A DNA stretch of 64,000 bases from Planctomycetota bacterium (GCA_965223845.1 CBDCXR010000004.1:2528001-2592000), one strand, 5' to 3'; positions 18,489-29,545 are shown, numbered from the stretch's first letter. Made by a program: numbers and translations. The notes: a model not told the origin generated them from the sequence alone.

Positions 18489-21400
18489 ATGCCGATTCAG
18501 AAGCTCCTCGTCGCGAACCGTTCCGAAATCGCCACTCGCACCTTCCGTTCGGCCTACGAGCTAGGCATCCGAACCGTCGCGCTCTACGCCTACGAGGATC
18601 GATTCGCGCTCCACCGGCTCAAAGCGGACGAGGCCTACCAGATCGGCCGTCCCGGCGAGCCGATTCGCTCCTACCTCGACATCCCCGGCATCATCGCGAT
18701 CGCGAAGCGTGCGGAGGTCGACGCTATCCACCCCGGCTACGGGTTTCTGTCGGAGAATCCCGAGTTCGCGCAGGCGTGTGTCGACGCCGGGATCGAGTTC
18801 GTCGGACCGCCCGTCGACGTCCTCCGTCGCCTGGGCGATAAGACCGCGGCGCGTGAGATCGCGAAGCAGGTCAACGTGCCAGTACTCGAAGGGAGCCCGA
18901 AGGCGCTCGAGACGGCCGAGGAGGGGCTCGCGGTCGCCGACGAGCTCGGCTATCCGATCATACTCAAGGCAGCGCACGGCGGGGGCGGTCGCGGCATGCG
19001 TGTCGTGCGGAGGAAGGAGGAGTTCGCTCCGTCCTTCGAGCAGGCGCGAAGTGAGTCGCTCAAGGCCTTCGGCAGCCCGGACATTTTCGTCGAGAAGTTC
19101 ATCTCCCGTGCACGACACATCGAGGTGCAGCTCCTCGGTGACCGCCACGGCAACCTGGTCCATCTCTACGAGCGCGATTGTTCGGTGCAGCGACGCCACC
19201 AGAAGGTGGTCGAGTTGGCGCCCGCTCCGCAGCTCGACCCGGCTGTGCGCACGTCCCTCTGCGAAGCCGCGGTGCGTATCGGCACGTCGGTTGGGTATCA
19301 GGCCGCGGGCACGGTCGAATTCCTCGTCGACGCGGATTCGAACGACTTTTACTTCATCGAGGTGAACCCGCGGATCCAAGTCGAGCACACCGTGACGGAG
19401 GAAGTCACCGGCGTCGATATCATCCAGGCACAGATCCTCGTTACGGATGGAAAGCGACTCGACGACGAGGCGATTGGCCTGCCGAGCCAGGACGCCGTCG
19501 AGACGCACGGCTTCGCCGTCCAGTGTCGTGTGACAACGGAGGACCCGGCGAACAACTTCCTCCCCGACTACGGCCGCATCGCGCACTACCGATCGGCGAG
19601 CGGGCTCGGCATCCGGCTCGACGCCGGAAGCGCGTTCTCGGGGGCGTTGGTTTACCCCTACTACGACTCGCTCCTCGTCAAGGTCACCGCCCGCGGCCGT
19701 CGCTTTGTCGACGCGGTCAAGCGCATGGACCGCGCGCTGGCCGAATTTCGCGTCCGTGGCGTGAAGACGAACATCGCCTTTCTCCACGAGCTCCTCCGTC
19801 ACGAAACGTTTTTGGCCGGGACCTGCACGACACGGTTCATCGATGAGCATCAGGAGCTCTTCGACATTCCGTTGCGGAAGAATCGAGCGCAGAAGATCCT
19901 CTCGTACCTGGGCGACGTGATCGTCAACGGCAACGAGCTCGTTGCCGGCCGCCCCCAAGCGAAGCGCCGACACCCGGCGCCGATACCAGACTACGATCAG
20001 CACGCCAAGCCGCCCGAAGGCACCCGCGACAAGCTGAATCGCCTCGGCCCGAGAAGGTTCGCCGAGTGGGTCCGTGACCAGAAGAACTTGCTTCTGACGG
20101 ACACCACCTTTCGGGACGCGCACCAGTCGCTGCTCGCGACGCGCGTCCGTACGCAAGATCTGGTTCAGATCGCAGGGGCGTACTCGCATCTCCTCCCCGA
20201 GCTGTTCTCACTCGAGATGTGGGGCGGAGCGACGTTCGACACCTCGATGAGGTTTCTCAAAGAGTGTCCGTGGGAACGCCTCACGCGAATGCGAGAGAAG
20301 GCACCGAACGTGCTCTTCCAGATGCTCCTGCGCGCGTCGAACGCGGTGGGTTACACGAACTACCCCGACAACATCGTCCGGGAGTTCGTGAAGGAGGCAG
20401 CCGACGCCGGAATGGACGTATTCCGCATCTTCGACGCCCTCAACTGGGTACCGAATATGCGAGTCGCGATCGAGGCGTGCCTGGAAACCGATGCGATTTG
20501 CGAAGCCTCGATCTGCTACACGGGCGACATCACGAACCCGTCGCGAACGAAGTACTCGCTCCAGTACTACGTCGAGCTGGCGAAGGAGCTCGAGAAGCTC
20601 GGAGCGCACATTCTCGCGATCAAGGACATGGCCGGCCTGTGTAAGCCCGACGCCGCGCGCCAGCTCGTCAAAGCGCTCAAGAACGAGATCGGCCTTCCGA
20701 TTCACTTCCACACGCACGATACGGCGGGCACGCAAGTGGCGGCGATCTTGGCGGCGGCGGAAGTCGGCCTCGACATCGCCGACGCCGCCATGGCGCCCCT
20801 GTCCGGTGGAACATCCCAGGTGAACCTGAACACCCTCGGCGAGGCCGTCCGCTTCGCCGATCGTCCGACGGGCCTCGCTTCGGAGCACCTCGACGCGGTC
20901 GCGGACTACTGGCTGGCGGTGCGCGATTTCTACACCGCGTTCGAGAGTGCTGTCCTCCCGGGAACGGCGGATCTCTACAACCACGAAATGCCCGGCGGCC
21001 AGTACACGAATCTGTACCAGCAGGCGCGTGCGCTCGGCCTCGCCGATCGATGGCGTGAGATCTGCCGCATCTACGCCGACGTCAATCGCCTGCTCGGCGA
21101 CATCGTCAAGGTCACACCGACCTCGAAAGCCGTCGGCGACATGGCGCTCTTCATGGTGGCGAACGACATCACCGCAAACGACGTCCTTTCGGGCGGCCGC
21201 GACTACTCCTGGCCATCCTCCGTCATCGACCTCGTCGGAGGCGCGATGGGCCAGCCGCCCGGAGGGTTCCCCGAAAAGGTGAAGGAGCGGATCCTGGGCG
21301 GCGAGAGCGGCTTCGACGGGCGCCCGGGGGAGACGCTTGCTCCGGCAGACTTCGAGGCCAAGGCGCGGGAGCTCGAAGAGCTCCTCGGCCGCGCCCCCAC

Positions 21401-21929
21401 GACTCGCGAAGTGCTTTCGTCGCTGCTCTACCCAAGAGTGTTCGAGGACTTTGCCCGCTTCCAGATCGAGTTCTCGGACACGAGCGGTCTCCCCACCCCG
21501 GCGTTCCTCTACGGTTTGGAGCAGGGTGAGGAGATTTCGATCGACATCGAGCGGGGGAAGACCCTGTTCATCAAGTATCTGGCCACCGGAACGGTCCACG
21601 CCGACGGCAAGCGATCGGTCTTCTTCGAGCTCAACGGCCAACCGCGCGACGTGCTGATTCTCGACAAATCAGCGGAGCCCGAGACGGTAGGAAACGTCAA
21701 GGCAGAGCCCGGCGACATCCAGCAGGTCGCAGCGCAGATGCCCGGCATGGTCGTCGCCGTCAATGTCGAGCCCGGCACGAAGGTCTCGAAGGGCCAGAAG
21801 CTCCTCACGCTCGAGGCGATGAAGATCGAGACGACCGTCAACTCCGAAATCGCTGGCGTCGTCGCCGAGGTTCTCGTCAAGTTCGGGAGCCACGTGGAGA
21901 CCGGAGACCTTTTGGTGCGGCTCGAGTAG
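18489..21929 (+). CDS. pyc: Pyruvate carboxylase
   Basis: LLVANRSEIA; HGGGGRGMR; RDCSVQRRHQKV; DTTFRDAHQSLLATR; IKDMAG; HFHTHDT; biotinyl domain EAMKIE. Confidence 0.97.
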   Translation: MPIQKLLVANRSEIATRTFRSAYELGIRTVALYAYEDRFALHRLKADEAYQIGRPGEPIRSYLDIPGIIAIAKRAEVDAIHPGYGFLSENPEFAQACVDAGIEFVGPPVDVLRRLGDKTAAREIAKQVNVPVLEGSPKALETAEEGLAVADELGYPIILKAAHGGGGRGMRVVRRKEEFAPSFEQARSESLKAFGSPDIFVEKFISRARHIEVQLLGDRHGNLVHLYERDCSVQRRHQKVVELAPAPQLDPAVRTSLCEAAVRIGTSVGYQAAGTVEFLVDADSNDFYFIEVNPRIQVEHTVTEEVTGVDIIQAQILVTDGKRLDDEAIGLPSQDAVETHGFAVQCRVTTEDPANNFLPDYGRIAHYRSASGLGIRLDAGSAFSGALVYPYYDSLLVKVTARGRRFVDAVKRMDRALAEFRVRGVKTNIAFLHELLRHETFLAGTCTTRFIDEHQELFDIPLRKNRAQKILSYLGDVIVNGNELVAGRPQAKRRHPAPIPDYDQHAKPPEGTRDKLNRLGPRRFAEWVRDQKNLLLTDTTFRDAHQSLLATRVRTQDLVQIAGAYSHLLPELFSLEMWGGATFDTSMRFLKECPWERLTRMREKAPNVLFQMLLRASNAVGYTNYPDNIVREFVKEAADAGMDVFRIFDALNWVPNMRVAIEACLETDAICEASICYTGDITNPSRTKYSLQYYVELAKELEKLGAHILAIKDMAGLCKPDAARQLVKALKNEIGLPIHFHTHDTAGTQVAAILAAAEVGLDIADAAMAPLSGGTSQVNLNTLGEAVRFADRPTGLASEHLDAVADYWLAVRDFYTAFESAVLPGTADLYNHEMPGGQYTNLYQQARALGLADRWREICRIYADVNRLLGDIVKVTPTSKAVGDMALFMVANDITANDVLSGGRDYSWPSSVIDLVGGAMGQPPGGFPEKVKERILGGESGFDGRPGETLAPADFEAKARELEELLGRAPTTREVLSSLLYPRVFEDFARFQIEFSDTSGLPTPAFLYGLEQGEEISIDIERGKTLFIKYLATGTVHADGKRSVFFELNGQPRDVLILDKSAEPETVGNVKAEPGDIQQVAAQMPGMVVAVNVEPGTKVSKGQKLLTLEAMKIETTVNSEIAGVVAEVLVKFGSHVETGDLLVRLE

Positions 21930-21979
21930 TACACCGTGCCGCACGCGAACGCGCTTCGGATCCAGGACGCCCGGCGCAC

Positions 21980-24900
21980 TCAGTCGCAATCGAGCCCGTC
22001 CCCGGTTGGATCCTCTCCGATCGCCGCGATCGGAGGTGGCGGGGAGCGACCGCCGAGGAAGAGGTACGAGAGCACGCTTACGACGTCAGAGATTTCGACC
22101 GCGCCGTCATCGTTCGTGTCCGCCGCGTCCCGGCAATCGAGCGCGCCGTGCGCGGCATCTTGGAAGAGAGCGTCGAGTATCTGCACGCAGTCGCCGATGT
22201 CGACCCTGTCGTCCCAGTTGACGTCACCGCGCAGGAAGAGCGGCTCCGGAGTCATGAGCTCGAACTCTTCGAGCGTGAGTACGTTCCGATCGAGCGATTC
22301 GTCCTGCGCCTCGGGACAACGCGTCGAGTCGTAGGCGCCACCGTCGTCGACGCACGCCGCACCAGGCCTCGCGTCGTGCGGAACGCAGAACGTAAGACTC
22401 CCCTCGCAGGTGTCTCCCTGGTCGTCCGCCGCGACGAACCGAATCGTGTAGACGCGGCCGTTTCCGGTCCCGTTCCGCTCGCAGCGCACGGCGGCTGCGT
22501 CGGGCCGGCCGTTTCCGTTGGTGTCCACGAACACGCCATCGGGGCAAGTCTGGCCGCTGCCCTGCCCATTCGATCGGACCGGCTCGTCCTGCGTGATACC
22601 GAGCACCTCGATCGCGATCGGACCGCCCTCCGGATCGACCACTCCGACGATCTCGGTGAGTACGAACCGGTGATTGGGCGGCCAGCATCTCGTTTCGCTC
22701 AGCACCGCGGCGCTGCAGTCCGGCGGTTCGTTCGGTGCGAGAACTGTAAGCAAAATGCACTCCGGGTCGCTCACGTTTCCCGCGGAGTCCGTGGCGACGA
22801 CACAGAGCTCGTATTGACCTGCCTCCGCGAAGGCGAGCTCGGCACGCGCGGTCTCGAGCGGCCCATCGAACGCGCCGTCGGAGGCCTCCATGGCGATGGG
22901 GTCGCCGCCATCGACGACGAGAAGAGCCTCGACGATGTTCGAGCCGCCCGCCGCCGTATCATCGATCGTCGCCGATACGTCCACCGACTCGCCGACCGCC
23001 GCGGGGTTCGGGTCGGCGTCGAGCCCCGAGACGAAGGGAGCCTCCGTGTCCGGCACGACGACCGCAACCGTGGTGCACACGGGTTCGCTCGTGTTTCCGG
23101 CCGCGTCGCTCACCGTCACGCACACCTCGTAGTCGTCCGGAACGTCGAATACGAGCGCCGCGACCACGTCCTCGACCGGAGAGTCGAAGGCGCCGTCGGC
23201 GGCCGCCATCGCCATCGGTGCACCGCCATCGATCGAGTACGACGCGCCAGTGATGACCGAGCCGCCGCTCGCCACGTCGCTCCCGTTCGCGGAAAGAACG
23301 GTCTCATCGCCGGCTTGCACCGGGTTCGGGGTGGCGACGACGCCCGAAACGCTCGGCGCCTCCTCGTCTCCTTCCGTCGGAGTGCCGAGCTTGAAAAGCT
23401 CGCCTCGGATCCCCAAGGCGGCGGCCGCGAAGAAGAGCTCTCCATTCACGTCGGCGAGCCCGGAGAAGGCTTGAAGATCGTCAAAGGGGAGCGGGGAGCT
23501 CCCTTCGGGAGTTCCGTCGGTCATCCAGAGACCGGCAACGCCTCCGACGTTTCCGCCGACGTTCGCCGTGAAGAAGAGAGTGTCGCCGACGACCACCGCC
23601 TCGACGATCCCTCCGAACCCGTTCATCGCCGTGTTGGAGAGAGGCGCCGGATCGGCGATGAGCTCGACCCCTCCCGCTACGGGGTCGTGAGCGTAGAGCG
23701 CGTGACCGCTCGTTCCGATCCCGCTGAAAAAGAGCTTTCCCGCGAAACCCACCAGGGGTTGCGGCGACGCCGCGTCGAGCGGAAAGTCCGTCAGCTGCTC
23801 CGTGACGTTCGCCGTCAAGTCGTGCCGCCAGAGCTCGGCTCCTGCGTCGGTGACCGGGACGAAGTAGAGTGAGTTTCCGAAACCGAGCAAGGACCGGGCG
23901 AACGCGTTCCCGCCCGGACGCACATCGATCGCGACGGTGGCTCCGGTGCTCAGTTCGGTCTTCCAAAGAACCTCGGGCGCCGCCGCGTCCTCCCGCGCGG
24001 TGAAGAAGAGCGTGTCGTCACCGACCAGCGTGAGCTGCCGCGGGCTCGAGCCTCCGGTCGGATTGATGTCGAGGAACTGCTCGGTCGTTCCGTCCGAAGT
24101 TTCGTGCCTCCAAAGCTCGACGCCGCCGCCGTCGTTCGCGGGAAAAAGGAGCGCCGTGCCGACAAGGACGACTTCCGGGACGATCGGGCTCACGGCCACA
24201 TCGGCGGCCGGCTCGACGTCTCCGGTGACGATGTCGAGCCGCCAGAGGCGACCGCCCGTCCCGTCATTGGCGACGAAGTAGAGCGACCCTCCGACCGGAA
24301 TCAGGTCTACCGGTGGATTCAGCGAGCCGCCGTTTGGGTCCAAGTCGGTCCGTCGCTCGGTGATTCCGGTCGCGGGATCGTGACTCCACAGCTCGGTGCC
24401 AGTCGTCCCGTCGGAGGCGAGGAAGAACACCAGTCCGAACGCCTCGGTGAATTCTGTCGGTCGCGAGCTACCCTCGGGGTGGAGGTCGACGACGCGCACG
24501 GTTCCACCCGGCGTCCCGTCACTCTTCCAAAGCTCGACGTTAAATTCCCGAAGATCGCCGCCGGAAAAAGGAAAATCGTCCGCAGCGAAGTAGAGATCGG
24601 AACCCACCACGACTCCGGCCGCAGGATTCGGGAACGACGACAGGGTTTCCTCGTCGCCGAGACGAAGCTCCACGGTGCCGGCTTCGGTTCCGTCGGTCTT
24701 CCATAGCTCGCGCGGCGTATTCTCCAGCCCCCCCGAATTGGTCCTCGGTCTCTGCGCCGCGAAAAAGAGCTCGCCGCCGAAGCTCGTCAAGTCGGTCGGG
24801 AAGGCGGTCCCTTCCGGGTTGACCACGATCTCGACGGTGCCGGCGGCCGTGCCATCGCTCATCCAGATTTGCATCTCCCCTGAGCCGCCGGCGAAGAAGA

Positions 24901-26092
24901 GCGTGCCCTCGACGTCGGTCAGGTCTTGGATGCGGAACGCTTGAGGTCCTGCTGAAGGCTCGGGGTTGAAGTCCGTCACTGTCACGGTTTCGCCCGCAGC
25001 AAAGTCGTGACGCCAGATCTCGAATCCCGTCGAACCGTCATCTCCGGTGAAGTAGAACATCCCGCCGACGTCCGTAAAGTTGCCGACGAGCGTGCTCCCG
25101 CCGCCACTCCAGTTGATGGGCGAGATCGGCGCGGTCTCGTCGGTCGCCGGGTCGAAGCGGTAGAGTTCGAAACCGGGACTCGGGTCGCCGTCGAAGAGAT
25201 AGACGAGAAATCCTCCGACGGGGACAAACACGCGTCCGACGACGTTTGCGGGAACGATTCCGAGATCGACCGTGCCGCCGGCCGTTCCGTCGGACTTCCA
25301 CAGGGTCGGACCCACGATTGCGTCGTTCACAGTGAAGAAGAGCTCCCCGCCGAGAACGGTGATCGGCGTCACGTCGGCGAATCCTCCGGGGTTGAAGCCG
25401 CGCAGGAACTCCGTACCCGCCTCGGTGCCGTCAGAGCGCCAGAGTTCCTCGTGAAGGGGAATTCTCGAGGTCTGTCGGGCGAAGAGGACGATGTCACCCA
25501 GAGCGGTGATCGACGCGACGCCGCCGTCGTCGGGTCCCGGGGTGACGTCCTTCACGAGGACCGTTCCGTCCTCGGTGCCGTCGGTCTTCCAGAGCTCGCG
25601 GCCGTGGACGCCGTCGTCCGCCGAGAAGTAGACCACTCCCCCCGCTCGAGTGAATCCGCCCGGATCGCTGCTCCCCAGGGGGTTCACTCCCGGATGGATC
25701 TCTTTGATCTTGACCGTACCGGCGAGCGTACCGTCGCTCTTCCAAAGGTCACGACCGGTACCGTCTACCCGGCTGAAGTAGAGCGTCCCGTCGCCGCCGT
25801 CCGCGAGGTTGCTCGGCTGTGTGCCGAGGACGGGCCGCGGAGCTTCGAGGATGCGGGAACCCGCCTCGGTGCCGTCGGTGACCCAGAGCTGTCCCAGGTC
25901 TAACTGCGATACGAAGAACAATCGAGATCCGACGGGAGTGAGGCCCGACGGAAAGACTCCGGTCGCGAACGGTGTTTCGTTGATGTCCCGGATGAGGATG
26001 GCGTCGAGGTCATCCGTTTGCGCTGACGCCGGACCGATGGGCACTACCGAAAAGAGAAAGATCCAGACGAGAAAGTTTCGGGATGCGTTCAT
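21980..26092 (-). CDS. Secreted ELWxxDGT-repeat protein with Ig-like repeats, a WPPNH module and a C-terminal dockerin-like domain
   Basis: Signal peptide; many ELWKTDGT/ELWRSDGT repeats; two PNPxxxG...DGAFD...DxAGN repeats; LRGDVNWDDRVDIGD...AADTNDDGAVEISD. Confidence 0.88.
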   Translation of the reverse strand: MNASRNFLVWIFLFSVVPIGPASAQTDDLDAILIRDINETPFATGVFPSGLTPVGSRLFFVSQLDLGQLWVTDGTEAGSRILEAPRPVLGTQPSNLADGGDGTLYFSRVDGTGRDLWKSDGTLAGTVKIKEIHPGVNPLGSSDPGGFTRAGGVVYFSADDGVHGRELWKTDGTEDGTVLVKDVTPGPDDGGVASITALGDIVLFARQTSRIPLHEELWRSDGTEAGTEFLRGFNPGGFADVTPITVLGGELFFTVNDAIVGPTLWKSDGTAGGTVDLGIVPANVVGRVFVPVGGFLVYLFDGDPSPGFELYRFDPATDETAPISPINWSGGGSTLVGNFTDVGGMFYFTGDDGSTGFEIWRHDFAAGETVTVTDFNPEPSAGPQAFRIQDLTDVEGTLFFAGGSGEMQIWMSDGTAAGTVEIVVNPEGTAFPTDLTSFGGELFFAAQRPRTNSGGLENTPRELWKTDGTEAGTVELRLGDEETLSSFPNPAAGVVVGSDLYFAADDFPFSGGDLREFNVELWKSDGTPGGTVRVVDLHPEGSSRPTEFTEAFGLVFFLASDGTTGTELWSHDPATGITERRTDLDPNGGSLNPPVDLIPVGGSLYFVANDGTGGRLWRLDIVTGDVEPAADVAVSPIVPEVVLVGTALLFPANDGGGVELWRHETSDGTTEQFLDINPTGGSSPRQLTLVGDDTLFFTAREDAAAPEVLWKTELSTGATVAIDVRPGGNAFARSLLGFGNSLYFVPVTDAGAELWRHDLTANVTEQLTDFPLDAASPQPLVGFAGKLFFSGIGTSGHALYAHDPVAGGVELIADPAPLSNTAMNGFGGIVEAVVVGDTLFFTANVGGNVGGVAGLWMTDGTPEGSSPLPFDDLQAFSGLADVNGELFFAAAALGIRGELFKLGTPTEGDEEAPSVSGVVATPNPVQAGDETVLSANGSDVASGGSVITGASYSIDGGAPMAMAAADGAFDSPVEDVVAALVFDVPDDYEVCVTVSDAAGNTSEPVCTTVAVVVPDTEAPFVSGLDADPNPAAVGESVDVSATIDDTAAGGSNIVEALLVVDGGDPIAMEASDGAFDGPLETARAELAFAEAGQYELCVVATDSAGNVSDPECILLTVLAPNEPPDCSAAVLSETRCWPPNHRFVLTEIVGVVDPEGGPIAIEVLGITQDEPVRSNGQGSGQTCPDGVFVDTNGNGRPDAAAVRCERNGTGNGRVYTIRFVAADDQGDTCEGSLTFCVPHDARPGAACVDDGGAYDSTRCPEAQDESLDRNVLTLEEFELMTPEPLFLRGDVNWDDRVDIGDCVQILDALFQDAAHGALDCRDAADTNDDGAVEISDVVSVLSYLFLGGRSPPPPIAAIGEDPTGDGLDCD

Positions 26093-26215
26093 GAATCGCC
26101 ACTCTCTGAAGTTCCGTTTCTGGCGGGTACCTGAAAGGGAATCTGCCGAATGGCGCCAGGTCAGCTCATCGCGAGCCCATTTTTTCGTCCACCCACCCCG
26201 TTTCGCCCTCCGTCT

Positions 26216-29200
26216 TCAGTGACGATCGCTCTGAAATCGGACCCGAACATCGATCGTCGCCGGAGGCGGTCCGCGGCGGGGCTCGCCGCCGTCCTCCCAG
26301 TCGAGCCCGATCTCTCGGAGCGAGGCTCGCAGCGCGGCTACGTTCCACACTCGATTCCCGACCGAGAGGTACTCACCTGCCGGACTGAAAACGGGACGGT
26401 ACGACTCCTCCCGGTCGGGAGGCGAGAGCGTGAGGAGCTCGTCCCCACTGCGAGCCGAGTAGAGGACGACGTCTCTCGGCCCCTGGCGGCATGCAAGGAC
26501 GCGACCGTCCGGTGAAAACGACGCCTTGCCGCCGTTCACACCGGGAATGCGCCGCAAGAGGCGCCATGTGCCCACCTCGATGAGCGACCACCCTTCGCGC
26601 GCTCCGACGACGAGGAGCTCGCCGCGCGGACTGAACTCGCCGTGGGGATCCGCTCCGAAGTCGTGCTCGCGTACAGCTCCAGACGCGAGATCGATGGTGC
26701 GCAGAACGCGCGCTTCGCGGTCGTATCCTCCCACCGCGAGCCAGCGGCCGCGCGAGCAGACAGCGAGCTGGTCGAGCCGGTCGAACGGCCCCCACTCTCT
26801 GGTGACGGTTCCGGTGTCCAAGTCGATCGCCAGGATCCGGCGTGCGCCGTTCTTCTTCTCGGTCGCGTAGATCGTACGCTCGTCGGGAGCGACGCAAGCG
26901 TAGCTGAGCGTTCGATCGCTCACGATCCTCGCGGCTCCGACGACGAGTTCGACGCGATCTTCGGTCGTCTGAGCTTCGAGCGAACGCACCGAGATGCCGG
27001 CCTCCCCGGCAGCGAGCAATTCCGTTCCGTCCCGGAGGAACTTCAGGCACCTAACCGCGCTGCCGCTCGACGAACCGAGCCGTCGGCCGTCACGCGCGTC
27101 CCAGAACCCGACGCCGTCGTAGCCGGTCGCGAGGAGAGGCAGCGCAGGGTGAAAAGCGGAGGCGCGCGCGGAGTGCCTGCGCGCAGGATCTCGGAGCACG
27201 GCGTATACGGTCGGTAGCCGCACGTGGCCGAGACCCACGTGATCGCCGCGCCAGAGTGCGGCCTGCGCACCGTCGCGAGAGAAACGAACCGGCCGACCGT
27301 CTCCCTCGAGGATCTTCGTCCGCGAGTCCAGGTCGAAGACGCCGAACACGTGCCCCCAACCGCCCGCGAAGAGGAGATTCGCGTGCGGGTGCAGAGACAG
27401 TCGATCGAATACGATCCGTCGGTCCTCGACGAAGTGAACGCGCCTTCCGTCGGTGGCATCCCAAAGTGTGATGCGACTCCCGCCCCCCGGAATGAAGCGA
27501 ACGGTGAGGAGGCGCGGACGGAGGGGGTGCCACACCGCGTGAAACACAGGCCCATCGTGCTCGAGTCGCTGGACCTCTCTCGATGCTAGGTCGAGGATCG
27601 CGGCGTCCTCCGTTCGGTGAAAAACGAGCGCGACCCGATCGCCGCTCGGGGAAAGATGCGGATGCGCGGTCCCCTCGACATCCGCGACGAGATCCTCCAG
27701 GTCGAAGCGCGTTTCGACGGCCTCACCGCGCGTCGAGAGGTCGATGACGATCAGGTTGCTTCCTGAGCAATAACTGAGCCGAGACGGCTCGGCGAGCGAG
27801 GCGATTGCGTAGTTCACCGACTCTACCCGTTCGCAAACTAGGTCGGGAGTTCCTCCGGGACCGAGCGACCAGACGCGCAGGCGCTGGTAACCGACGGCGG
27901 CCAGGGTCGTTCCATCCGGCGAGAGGAATACGCGATCGACGGCCGGGAACTCCGCATCACGGAAAAGCTCCTTGCCGTCGGGGAGCGAGTGCACGAACAC
28001 CGTCTTCGTCTTCGTATCGACGAACGCCGTGCGAGCGAGGTCGGCGTCGAATCGAGCCGAGCGCACGAACCGCCCGAACGGCACGCGTCGTTCGAGCTCG
28101 ATGTCAAAGAGGTGGAGAGCGGCGACAGCGTCGTTCCGAAGGTCGAGTCCGGGCCGGATCGCGGCGGCGGACTCGAGCGCATCGATCGCCAGAGATCGAC
28201 GCCCTGGCTCGTGGCTAGTGCGGGCGATGCGCGCCGCGTTGTGGTGCGCTGCGCGCAGGCTCGTGCGCGTCTCGGCGAGAGCGATGACCACGAGGACGAG
28301 CAGGGTCACGATCGTCACGCTCGCCGCGGTGGCGGCCGGGTTGCGCTTCACCCAACGCCAGAGTCTCTGCGCGGGGCCGGGCTGACGAGCGAGAGGCGCC
28401 ATGCCAGAAACGAATCGCCGCAGGTCCTCGGCGAGCGCTCCGGCGGACGCGTAGCGATCGCGCGGGCGCTTCTCCATCGCCTTGAGAATGACGGTCTCGA
28501 GGTCCCGCGGGACGCGAGAGTCGAGTCGGCGCGGAGACACAGGAGCTTCGCTCACGATGCGCTGGGAGAGTCGCGTGCGGTGGGTGTCGTCAAACGCCGG
28601 CTGCAGCGTCACCAGCTCGTAGAGCGTCGCACCGAGACCGTAGACGTCACTCGCCGGTTCGCTGCGCTCTTCAAAGGCCTCGGGCGCCATGTAACGGCAA
28701 GTGCCGACGAGCTCGCCGGTGTGAGTCAGATCGTCCGCGTCCGCGATCTTGGCGAGCCCGAAGTCCGTGATCCACACGCCTCCCGCCGCATCGATGAGTA
28801 GATTCGACGGCTTGATGTCGCGATGGAGCACGCCGCGGCGGTGCGCGTAGTCGAGCCCTTCGGCGGCCTGGATGCCAATCGCCGCGATGTCGAGATAGCG
28901 CTGCGGGTGGGAGCTCCTCCGAGGTTCGCCGGATTCCGAGCGCGAAGATCGTAGGGCCGAATCCATCGCTCGCCCCGAGGGGAGCAACGCGTCATCGCGT
29001 CGATCCGCCGGACGCGCACGCAGCTCCTCGAGCACGGCATCCAGCCCGTGGCCGTCGATGCACTGCATGGTGTAGAAACAAGCGCCATCTTCCTCGTGAA
29101 AGCCGAACACCGGAACGATGTTCGTGTGATGCAAACTCGCCGCGGCGCTCGCTTCGCGCCGAAAACGTTCAGCGAGTCGCGGATCGAGCCGTGCGTGCCG

Positions 29201-29545
29201 CGGCAGAATCTTGAGCGCCACGCGCCGCCCCAGGATTTGCTCCTCGGCCTCGTAGACGAGACCCATGCCGCCCCGGCCGAGCTCGCGCACGAGGCGATAC
29301 TTGCCCAGCCGCTCGGGTGGGCTTTCGTGCTCGCGCGAATCCGCTTCGATCGCCGGGACCTTCAGCGTGTCGAGACGCTCGAGCGCCGGCAGGATTCCGC
29401 GCAGCTCGTCCGCGAGGTCCGGGTGTCGCCCGACGAATTGTTCGACAGTCTCGGGCCGCCCGCCGCGCTGCAGCGTCAGGAACTCCTCGATGGCCGCGTC
29501 GAGACGCTCGGTGTGGGCGTGCTCCTCCGAGGGTTCGCGAGTCAT
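26216..29545 (-). CDS. Membrane Ser/Thr protein kinase with WD40-like repeats
   Basis: LGRGGMGLVY; VALK; HRDIKPSN; DFGLAK; GTCRYMAPE; TM helix after RWVKRNP; FSPDG repeats. ATG 29545 overlaps the sigma-factor stop. Confidence 0.9.
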   Translation of the reverse strand: MTREPSEEHAHTERLDAAIEEFLTLQRGGRPETVEQFVGRHPDLADELRGILPALERLDTLKVPAIEADSREHESPPERLGKYRLVRELGRGGMGLVYEAEEQILGRRVALKILPRHARLDPRLAERFRREASAAASLHHTNIVPVFGFHEEDGACFYTMQCIDGHGLDAVLEELRARPADRRDDALLPSGRAMDSALRSSRSESGEPRRSSHPQRYLDIAAIGIQAAEGLDYAHRRGVLHRDIKPSNLLIDAAGGVWITDFGLAKIADADDLTHTGELVGTCRYMAPEAFEERSEPASDVYGLGATLYELVTLQPAFDDTHRTRLSQRIVSEAPVSPRRLDSRVPRDLETVILKAMEKRPRDRYASAGALAEDLRRFVSGMAPLARQPGPAQRLWRWVKRNPAATAASVTIVTLLVLVVIALAETRTSLRAAHHNAARIARTSHEPGRRSLAIDALESAAAIRPGLDLRNDAVAALHLFDIELERRVPFGRFVRSARFDADLARTAFVDTKTKTVFVHSLPDGKELFRDAEFPAVDRVFLSPDGTTLAAVGYQRLRVWSLGPGGTPDLVCERVESVNYAIASLAEPSRLSYCSGSNLIVIDLSTRGEAVETRFDLEDLVADVEGTAHPHLSPSGDRVALVFHRTEDAAILDLASREVQRLEHDGPVFHAVWHPLRPRLLTVRFIPGGGSRITLWDATDGRRVHFVEDRRIVFDRLSLHPHANLLFAGGWGHVFGVFDLDSRTKILEGDGRPVRFSRDGAQAALWRGDHVGLGHVRLPTVYAVLRDPARRHSARASAFHPALPLLATGYDGVGFWDARDGRRLGSSSGSAVRCLKFLRDGTELLAAGEAGISVRSLEAQTTEDRVELVVGAARIVSDRTLSYACVAPDERTIYATEKKNGARRILAIDLDTGTVTREWGPFDRLDQLAVCSRGRWLAVGGYDREARVLRTIDLASGAVREHDFGADPHGEFSPRGELLVVGAREGWSLIEVGTWRLLRRIPGVNGGKASFSPDGRVLACRQGPRDVVLYSARSGDELLTLSPPDREESYRPVFSPAGEYLSVGNRVWNVAALRASLREIGLDWEDGGEPRRGPPPATIDVRVRFQSDRH

